64,000 nucleotides of DNA from Octopus vulgaris (lineage: Eukaryota), in assembly GCA_951406725.2 (NCBI GenBank), contig OX597824.1, positions 8,494,001 to 8,558,000 of the forward strand, written 5' to 3'. Position numbers and translations under genes: made by a program. Below the pieces are notes generated by a model. It was not told the origin of the DNA. It worked only from the letters and a program-made list of their open reading frames with translations, and did no database searches. Below, one piece after another: positions 54,427 to 64,000 of this stretch. Positions within the stretch are counted from its first letter, which is position 1. Every line of letters starts with the position of its first letter.

Positions 54427-54777
54427 AACCAACGAAAATGCATATTGCAAATAGAAAAAGGCTATTTATGACAGGTAACGACAAATATATACATTTAGAT
54501 TGACTGAGGTAGTAATACGAGTCATAAAGGTCATTATTATGAGATGATTATAAGATGATAATAAAGTAAGAGAACAAAACGAACGATGAATAGCCTTCGC
54601 GTAAACTATTGGTTCGTTTTGTTCTCTTACTTTATTATCATCTTATAATCATTTCATAATAATGACCTTTATGACTCGTATAACTACCTCAGTCAATCTA
54701 AATGTATATATTTGTCACTACCTGTCATAAATAGCCTTTTTCTATTTGCAATATGCATTTTCGTTGATTTTTCATAT
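54419..54777. repeat. Long near-perfect palindrome (~165-bp arms, ~27-nt spacer) between (TA)n tracts
   Basis: 54419-54584 is the reverse complement of 54612-54777 with only a few mismatches. Confidence 0.93.
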
Positions 54778-54830
54778 TTTACCCTTACATTTCTGCGTGT
54801 ATTTTATATTTTCTTTTCGCAACATATTTC

Positions 54831-54900
<70 letters not shown>

Positions 54901-54995
54901 TTATATATGTATGTATTTATACACGTATGTGTATGTATATAGATATGCATATACATGTATATATATATGTGTGTTTGAGTGTGTGTATGTGAATG

Positions 54996-55038
<43 letters not shown>

Positions 55039-55254
55039 TATATACTAACTTTGTTCATGGTAGGGCGAGCGTTGTTTGAAAATCGGACTGCGTGGGACAA
55101 AAGAAGGATTGAGAAATACTGCTAGAATTATGATATAATACTGTATAGAAGTTTTATTATGAGTAAGAAAAACGTAAATGTTGCAGGGTAGTTGAGATTT
55201 TGTGAAAATATGGTTTTGGACTCAAATTTTGGACACTAGTAGGAGGATAAAAAT

Positions 55255-55494
55255 CCTTTCCGAGTTATGTAGATTCACAGGAGCCGGTTTCCCGGTCTCA
55301 TGGCGTATATATATATATTCTCCTCCTGGACGGGACGCCGACCGTCGCAGGGTTACTCATGTTTGCCAGCTGAGTGGACTGGAGCAACGTGAAGTGACGT
55401 GTGTTGCTCAAGAACACAGCGGAATTGAAACCACAATCAAACCATCTCATGATCATGAGTCCAACACCGTAACCACTAAGCCACGCGCCTCCAC
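55255..55494 (-). mobile_element. tRNA-derived SINE of a third family
   Basis: Minus strand starts gtggaggcgcgtggcttagtggtta (box A), then degenerate box B ggtttcaattcc and gtgttcttgagcaa. Confidence 0.7.
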
Positions 55495-56182
55495 ACTCAA
55501 ATGTTTGACGAAGAACAATAACATCAGCAGTAGGAACAACAATAAATTACAACAAAAAATGAAACAAAACAACAACAATACCTTCAACCAAGGAAGAAGG
55601 TCTGTAACGAGATAGTCGTTCGACTTGCTGGAAATAGAAGCCAAAGTTTCCTCAAATCACTCACCTTGTCTTGCGAAAACGTAGGGAAACATTGGAAAGC
55701 GTGGCCAATGACAGGCAGTAATTAATAGAAAGGAGTAATGGTCATGGTAGGAACGTCTTTGACCATGGTTATGTTCGATCAGGAATGACCAGGTTTTATA
55801 CAACAATAACAACACAAAAAAGAACAACAACAAGAATAATGATGAAAACATCAATATCCAAAACAAGAGATGATTAATGTAGTGTGTTATTTTTGTTATT
55901 TATTTTATTTTATTATAATAATTGAATTTGACAGAAAAGATTAAACAAAAAAAGAAACATTAAAAACAAAAAAAATGATAATAATAATAATAATAATAAA
56001 AAAATTGTGATTGGTTTACAAAGAAAATATCTCAATGTTTAAATTTTCTTTGATAGAGAACAGAGAAATTGTTTCCCTTGGTGTGGACAACCAAATCTCA
56101 GGGATATATATATATATTTATAAAAGTTTTAAGTGTATATGTATGTTTATAGATGCATCTGTATAATGTAATGTACACATAC

Positions 56183-56233
<51 letters not shown>

Positions 56234-56517
56234 TATATACACACACATATATATACATATGTGTACATATATATATGCGTATCCATGTATGTGTATATAT
56301 ATAAGTATGTATATATATACATATATGTAAATATGTCTCGGTGGCTGATTATGTACTTGCGTGTTTATATGTATACAAACGTGCTTGTATTTATATGTAT
56401 GTATGTGTGTGCATATATATACATATATATACATACATATTTATATATACATTTAAATATATATATATATATGTATGTGATATATATTTATATTGTGTTT
56501 ACACACATATGTATATT

Positions 56518-56598
<81 letters not shown>

Positions 56599-57124
56599 AC
56601 ATATATATGTTTTTTTGTGGTAATGTATATATTAATATAATTTCAATATTTAATCACATTGCACAAATATTGTACAGTAAAAAAGATAATTATTGATATA
56701 TAAACAAGAGAAATGTATTGATTGAGGTGTGAAATTGGAAAAGATCCATCAAGCTAGGGAGAAAGAGAGAGTGAGAGTGAGAGAGAGAGAAGAGAGAGAG
56801 AGAAGAGAGAGATGGATGACGGACAGAGATTTATAATTTGATAAAAAGACAAATCCGTAGATTGTTAGTATGATATATAGAATGATTGATTGGTTGATAT
56901 TTCGATAGATTGATAGAGGTAAATAAAGTGAAGAATAGATTTGACGACAGATCGATAGAGAGATAGACCGATAGATGAATAAATAGACAAAGTGACGGAT
57001 TGATACACAGATAGATCGATAGATTGTGAGAGAGAGATACAATGAGAGAGAGACAAAGACAGAGAGAGAGAGAGAGCTCATACAGTCATATATTGAAAAT
57101 TAGATAGAACACAGAAAAGAAGGA

Positions 57125-57147
57125 GATAGACAGATAGACAGACAGAC

Positions 57148-57211
<64 letters not shown>

Positions 57212-57225
57212 TGGTAGATAGATTC
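57125..57225. repeat. (GACA)n(GATA)n microsatellite
   Basis: Directly visible. Confidence 0.95.
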
Positions 57226-57615
57226 ACAAACATAGATAGAGATGGAATGGATAGAGAAATAACAGGAAAAGAAGAAAGGAAAAAAGTTAGAGAAGATGAA
57301 GGATTGGAAACTAATTCCAAATCGAAAACGAATTCCAATATTTAGAGAAGACAACGCGTTTGACGTCAGTCGTGTGATAAAAGAATCTAATATAATGTTT
57401 TTTTGTTTGTTATTTATATATATATTTTCATTTCTTCTTTATTGCGTTTATGGAGGCAGACACAGAGTCTTTAATTTTTTTTACGAGTAAACAAATTCAA
57501 CATGGAACGATAGAATAATAAACGAACAAACCCACACCGTTATGTCAATATACATTATTTGCTTGATTTACTTAAACATGTAATAATAATAATAACAATA
57601 ATTTTGATTTCTAAT

Positions 57616-58270
57616 ATTGGCACAAGGCCTCAAATGTGGAATGTGTATGCTTGTGTGTATGAGAGAGTATGCATATGTGTGAGTGTGTGTTACGAAGCAA
57701 TAGTCGATTATAACGATCCCAAGTAGGTAGCTGGTTCTTATTTTTATAAATCCCCCAAAAGAATGAAAGGCAGGCAAAAAATCAAAGTCGCTGGAATTTG
57801 GAGAGTGAAATTCAAAGGGAGATAATTAAATGCCGTCTCTCGGCATTTTCTCTACTGCTGTACGAATTCTGTGAACTCAACATCACGTAATATAGGTTTC
57901 TAATTCTGATTCAGGCACAAGGCCAGCAAACTTGAGTGAATGAGATTAGTTGATTCCATCGACCCAGTCCGTGACTGGTACTTTAATAATATCGACCCAT
58001 GGAGGGATGAAAGACGAAGTTAGGCCTCGGCGGGATTTGAACTCGAAATATAAAGAACCGGAACAAACACCGCAATTATGATAACTATTTTGATTTCTTA
58101 CATTGGCACAATGTTTCATATTTAGGTGAGAAGGAACAATCGATAAAATCGACTCCAAAATACTTGAGCGGTAATATGTTTTCCGACATTCTCTGTCGCT
58201 CCCAGCAGGGTTTGAGCACAGGCAGTAAAGGGAGATAACTAAATAACATAAGTCGCTCTAGCAATTCTGT
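57616..58270 (-). mobile_element. Three consecutive highly degenerate SINE copies
   Basis: Recurrent ggcacaagg(cc) ... tcga ... gatgaaag ... ggatttgaactc pattern at ~57619, ~57914 and ~58105. Confidence 0.55.
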
Positions 58271-58660
58271 TTATCAACCACAAAGCCCCTATAATATCGA
58301 TTATATTTAATAGAAGCACAAGTCCTTATGTATATATAATTATATATACATAAATCATTTAGCTTTTGATAAGCACGGTATATATTTTTATGAGCTACTC
58401 ATAGTTTCATGCGATGAAAACTCAGACAGTATTTTCTAACACGTCTGGTGCCGTCATGCAATCTTCAGGCGCTGCCCACATGGCGTAACAAGCTAAAACA
58501 GTGTACCATCACGGAACAGTACATTATATATATATGTGTGTGTGTGTATGTATGTATATGTTTATAAAAAGCAACACAAATCAGACATTTTAAGAATTCC
58601 CAAGAGGTGAAATGAATTCCGAGTGTTCGATTTACCAATATGGTATATATATATATTATG

Positions 58661-58700
58661 TAGTTTCAGCTCAGAGCTGTGGTCATGCTGATGCACCGCC
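58661..58700 (-). mobile_element. Isolated copy of the LINE 3' terminal sequence
   Basis: Reverse complement ggcggtgcatcagcatgaccacagctctgagctgaaacta versus LINE 4386-4426 ggcggtgccccagcatggccaaaactcatgagctgaaacta. Confidence 0.65.
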
Positions 58701-58990
58701 GTTTGATCGAGACGCACGCGGTCGCGTGGGGCTGCCCGTTGTCAGAAAGGAGCGATGAGAACATCCCTTCCAAACGGTTACCTCTTTCGATCAGCAACAA
58801 CCTTATATATATATATATATAAGTGTTTGTTTATTAGGACGAAGCATACAAATAGAGTGTTAAGCAATCAATACTTGAAGCAGCCGAGTGAGTCATATTC
58901 TGTATTTAGCGCCACGTTGGAAATTTAATTGTTTCCGTTTTTGTAAGGTTACCACTAACCAATGACTACGCGCTCACACACACATATACA

Positions 58991-59412
58991 TACTCACTCA
59001 CTCACTCACTCACTCATTCACTCACTCACTCACTCACTCACTCACTCACTCACTCACTCACTCACTCACTCACTCACTCATTCACTCACTCACTCACTCA
59101 TTCACTCACTCATTCACTCACTCACTCATTCATTTACTCACTCACTCACTCACTCACTCACTCACCCACTCACTCATTCACTCACTCACTCACTCACTCA
59201 CTCACTCACTCATTCACTCACTCACTCATTCACTCACTCACTCACTCACTCACTCACTCACTCACTCACTCACTTACTCACTCATTCACTCACTCACTCA
59301 CTCACTCACTCACTCACTCACTCACTCACTCACTCACTCACTCACTCACTCACTCACTCACTCACTCACTCACTCACTCACTCACTCACTCACTCACTCA
59401 CTCACTCACTCA
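58991..59412. repeat. Long (CACT)n tetranucleotide array (~420 bp)
   Basis: Directly visible, with occasional CATT variants. Confidence 0.97.
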
Positions 59413-60162
59413 CTCTTTCACATACACACACACATATATATAAATGTATATATGTGTATATGTATTTTTGCATATATATATCTACATATATATATGTATG
59501 CATGATGGTCCGATTGATGGCTACAGTCAAAAATGTTACTCGGCTAAGCAAGCTCAAAATGAAAGGAATTGAGCGTTGGGCCATATTGCAAAAACTACTT
59601 CTTAAGCATTCGAAAGCGCAATCCCATGCACTCACGCTCAAAAGCACGCCTGCATTGACTCTTTCTATAACACCTGGTTAATGGACACCATATACGTTCC
59701 GACATCAACAACGATAAATGCTGTTGTATATCTCTAAAAATTACTTTTGTCTTGCGTTGTCTGTTTTGCTTCAAGTTGACTCTTCTCTACCGTTCGGATA
59801 GATTGAAAAGCAAACACAAAAACTATCTACTATAATAATACTCCTGTGGTTTTCTCTGTCACAACGTATGAACGAGAAAGGAATAGGTGATAGATGAATA
59901 AGGAAGGAAGGAGCGATGGTAAAGTGGTAGTGGGATTATGGAAATCCTACGGTGAAAAAAAAATCAAACAGCGTTTCAGCTCTGTGTGAATGTATGTGTG
60001 TATGTGTGCGCGTGTACGAGGGAAGTTATGTGAATGTTTGTATGTGTGACCCAGCGTTCTTTCAGTAATAAACGATGATCGATGTCACATCTCAAAATAC
60101 AACCACCAGGTAACATTGAGAAGTGTATAAATATGAATTACCATCCATGTTCTATCTTTAGT

Positions 60163-60278
<116 letters not shown>

Positions 60279-60705
60279 CTACAATTAGCCGTCATTTTTG
60301 ACGGCTAGTATTAAATAGCACTAGCTAATAAATGGTCTGCTAGGAGCGTTCTATTTTTCGCTTAACAGCAATTCACTTTACGAGTTGGAACTATATGTCT
60401 CAATGCCTGGCGTTCAAATCACAGCTCGTAATGCGAAGACTAAATGAAGATCGGCAGGTGATGTTGTGTTTCTATAAACAAAGTGCGAACTCAGTTTTAC
60501 TACTGTAAGGTGACCTATCTATACACGCCTTTGTGTCTGTGTGTGTGTGTTTGTGTGTGCGGGTGGGTGCATGAGCGTTTATGTATGCATATATATATAT
60601 ATATACAAATATATATACAGATGTGGAGGGGGATGTATGTATACACATGCATCTGTTCACCATATATATGTTTGTGAGTCTGTACATATACATACCTGCG
60701 AATCT

Positions 60706-60718
60706 GTCTATCTATCTG

Positions 60719-60752
<34 letters not shown>

Positions 60753-60803
60753 CATCCATCATCTATCTAGCTATCCTTTTATCTGTCTGTCTGTCTGTCT
60801 ATA

Positions 60804-60879
<76 letters not shown>

Positions 60880-60908
60880 CATCCATCATCTATCTAGCTA
60901 TCCTTTTA

Positions 60909-61006
<98 letters not shown>

Positions 61007-61030
61007 CATCCATCATCTATCTATCTAGTC
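60706..61030. repeat. (TATC)n/(TGTC)n microsatellite with a duplicated ~125-bp block
   Basis: atccatccatcatctatctag recurs at ~60750, ~60877 and ~61004. Confidence 0.85.
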
Positions 61031-61564
61031 ATCTATCTATATGTATATGCGTGTATGTGTGTGTGTGTGTGTGTGTGTATATGTATGTACGTGTGTGTTT
61101 GGTGCTTTGAGAGAGAAAGAGACAGAGAGAGAGAGTAAAAGAGGAGAAAATAACGAGAGGAGAAGAGAGATGGGGGAGGGAGAGGAGGTGACTGACGAGG
61201 TGTTTTCAAGTGTTCCAATTAATACAACAACTGTTCTGTGTTCTATCAGAAATATGGACAGATATATGTGACAGCGTGGCTAAATTATTATGAAAGGAGA
61301 TACTTTATGATATTGCTTCTATGGAAACAATACCATTCTCTATGATAACAATCAGGTTTTCTGTAATAGAACTATTTTTGCATGCCATTCTCTTCTCTTC
61401 TCTATGTGCTTTAGACTACGCCATTTCGATAGCAGTCATGTGCGTTGTATTTGAACATTATCTGCCAATGGGGAGGCAGTACGTATCTTTGTCTATTAAA
61501 ATATGACAACTTATTTAGGGGAGGAAATGTGTGTCCTGTGATTCTTTTCCAGCGTCTCTGAGAC

Positions 61565-61603
<39 letters not shown>

Positions 61604-61898
61604 AGGAAAGTGATCTTCTCGCCGGAATCCATACCCGAATGCTTACAACAGAGAGGAAGCTACCCCAAGTTCCAAGGACTAATTGTTGATGTTAAACCGA
61701 TCGAGACGAAGTGTTCTACTTAAACATCTGGAACAGCGTTTCCGACGAACTTCCCAATATTTTCGGATTATCATGTTACAATTGAACACGTTTATAACTT
61801 AGACGTCTCCACAAATATATCCAGGAGTTTGCTCCCCCTTCTAAGGTGCCTATTCTAACCTACACACAAATCTCATAAGATCTAGCTGTTCTTATTAA

Positions 61899-62118
61899 CC
61901 CTTTTGTGACTGTATTTATTTTGAGATGCTCTGTGTTTCTTTCAATTACTTTAAATATAACAATGAATTTAGTAAAATAACTTAATTATCATTAAGCTAG
62001 TGTTAGGAACATAAATTATGACTAAGGTTTGGTGGAAGATTTTAATTCAAAACTTATGAAAACAAGACATTTGTACTCAGAGCCAGACGCGGTTTCTGCT
62101 GGGTTGGTAATGAAAGGG
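61899..62118. mobile_element. piggyBac-type MITE
   Basis: TTAA|CCCTTTTGTGAC ... GGTAATGAAAGGG|TT; left TTAA intact, right target site degenerate (ttgc). Confidence 0.6.
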
Positions 62119-62245
62119 TTGCTAAAAATACTTTCACCATTAAATTCTTAAACATTCATTTTCATAGTCGCCGCCTCAAAAATTATCTTACAAATGTCAA
62201 CATTAATTTACTTGCTCGCACAAGAAAGCTTTACTCGCCAACTGA

Positions 62246-62530
62246 GTAGTATACCGAGTATCGGTTACATCACATGACGGTACCCAGTAAACAACTACTC
62301 AGAGTTAACTACTAACAACTTTAAAATACGTTATAATCAACTTGTGCACGTTTTTAGATTTAAGAACAGCAAAGATGCCCGTGCTCTGATTTATACAAAA
62401 GCCCAAAGAACAAGGGTATCATTGTCCTGCTACGATTTGGGATATTGTTGAAAGAACCAGGCTACATACAGGAGGATCCCGTAACTGTAGACTATGCTTA
62501 TCTGAAAAGTTTTATATAGTGAAGAAACTG
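62246..62530 (+). pseudogene. Penelope-like element GIY-YIG endonuclease remnant
   Basis: Manual translation across frameshifts: VVYRVSV... / YSELTTNNFKIRYNQLVHVFR / IWDIVERTRLHTGGSRNCRLCLSEKFYI, matching the PLE pattern VY...YIG.T.N.FK.RY..H...F ... W.I.......C.LCL.EK..I. Confidence 0.65.
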
Positions 62531-62960
62531 CCAGCAATCTCTCTTCATTGACAGACTGAGACGTTATCTTACTGCCAATTGATGAACATTTCTGCTGGAG
62601 ATTTTTTCAACTGGCTCACGTTTTGAGTCGACGCAATTTCGAGAAATCCTCGACTGTGGACAACGTGGTGTAGTAGCTTCATATGTCGGTGCCTTGCTTT
62701 CCAAATATAATTAGTAGTACAGACTTAGGACCAGTAGAAGTTTTGACCATATGAACTGCCTTGATAATTAAGAAACAACTTCACTAACGACCAATAAAGA
62801 GCGGGTCTGACAGCGAACGGCGGTTACATCTTCATTTATGAACCGTGTCTGAAAGATCACTGATGTACTTTAGGTCTGCGTGAAAATTTATGTAATGCAC
62901 CAGTGAATTATTGACTGTTTAATCATATACGCTTTTATATATACACACATACATCCATCC

Positions 62961-63021
<61 letters not shown>

Positions 63022-63281
63022 TAAAAACCGACACATAAATATACCTATACAAATAAATAAATATATATATGCATGCATACACACACATATGTACACACCA
63101 TAATATACTTGTATATATATATATACACACACACACGCACACATGTATGTACATGTACTTACATATAAACACACATACACGCGCACACATACAAAAGTGC
63201 TCAAATACCAGAATAACATAAACCTAATATCTGACCAGTTATATATTGTAGCTTTGTATCTAGTCAGATATTAAATACGAG

Positions 63282-63319
<38 letters not shown>

Positions 63320-64000
63320 CATATTCATACATATGCATATACACACATATATACACATACATTCATATATATATATATAATAAAAATATATACATACGTG
63401 TACATACATACACATATACATACATACACGCACATATATATCAATCAATGATATTGCAACATCATAGTAATTTTAGCAATTATCGGTAATTACCGAAATG
63501 TATGTCCTTTAATGTACAAAGGTCTTGATTACTAATCGATAATGCTTTGATTTTCGATGGATAACCAAGTAAGTGGTTGTTATGGTTAAAGCGAATGGTT
63601 TCGGTTAGAGATATCCGTTGACTAAGGTCAGTTTTGTCTTCACTAAATATCTTCAAGAAGTAGCGCAACTTCGCTGCAAACAAATGCTGTCTGCCACGAC
63701 AGAGTAACTTTTAATGATAACTACTTGTTCCATACCCAAAATTTTTTATGTCTCCTGTTTTAAAATGTGTCACCGCTATTGTTCTAACTATGGTTTTTTC
63801 ATGCAAAAGATGCCCCTGGTATTTTTTTTATTTCCTAAATAGTTCGGTTGGTTTGTTTTGGGTGTGTAAATCAGTATAAAACTTGTACAGTAATAAGTAT
63901 ATTAAAGGCTGTACTTTACTGTTGAGCTCGCAAACAAGGTCAAAGTGTTCTAGAATTGTCTCCCGTACTTATTGAAGTATTTGTAGCATTTTATATTTTA

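Overview
Eukaryotic, repeat-only window with no recognisable host gene. The SINE families and dense (TA)n/(TAA)n/(GATA)n tracts suggest a cephalopod (Octopus-like) genome, which is an inference. From left to right: SINE and Penelope remnants (1-1.2 kb); a disrupted CR1-group LINE (APE endonuclease + reverse transcriptase, ~1.2-4.45 kb); a ~35.5 kb purine-rich satellite of ~600 58-bp monomers (4590-40038); then ~24 kb of SINEs, MITEs, palindromes, Penelope/RLE fragments and microsatellites. The main observation is that the whole satellite is enclosed by a pair of 63-bp inverted repeats (4527-4589 and 40411-40473, 49/63 identical, ungapped), and ~3.5 inverted monomers lie just inside the right one. 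This is the architecture of a foldback/TIR transposon whose left internal tandem arm has expanded into a satellite. The array is layered (homogeneous core, ~3.4 kb higher-order repeats, degenerate right edge). Each monomer has a conserved palindrome plus a hypervariable ~18-bp segment. The giant minus-strand ORFs are a by-product of the stop-free monomer and are not called as genes.
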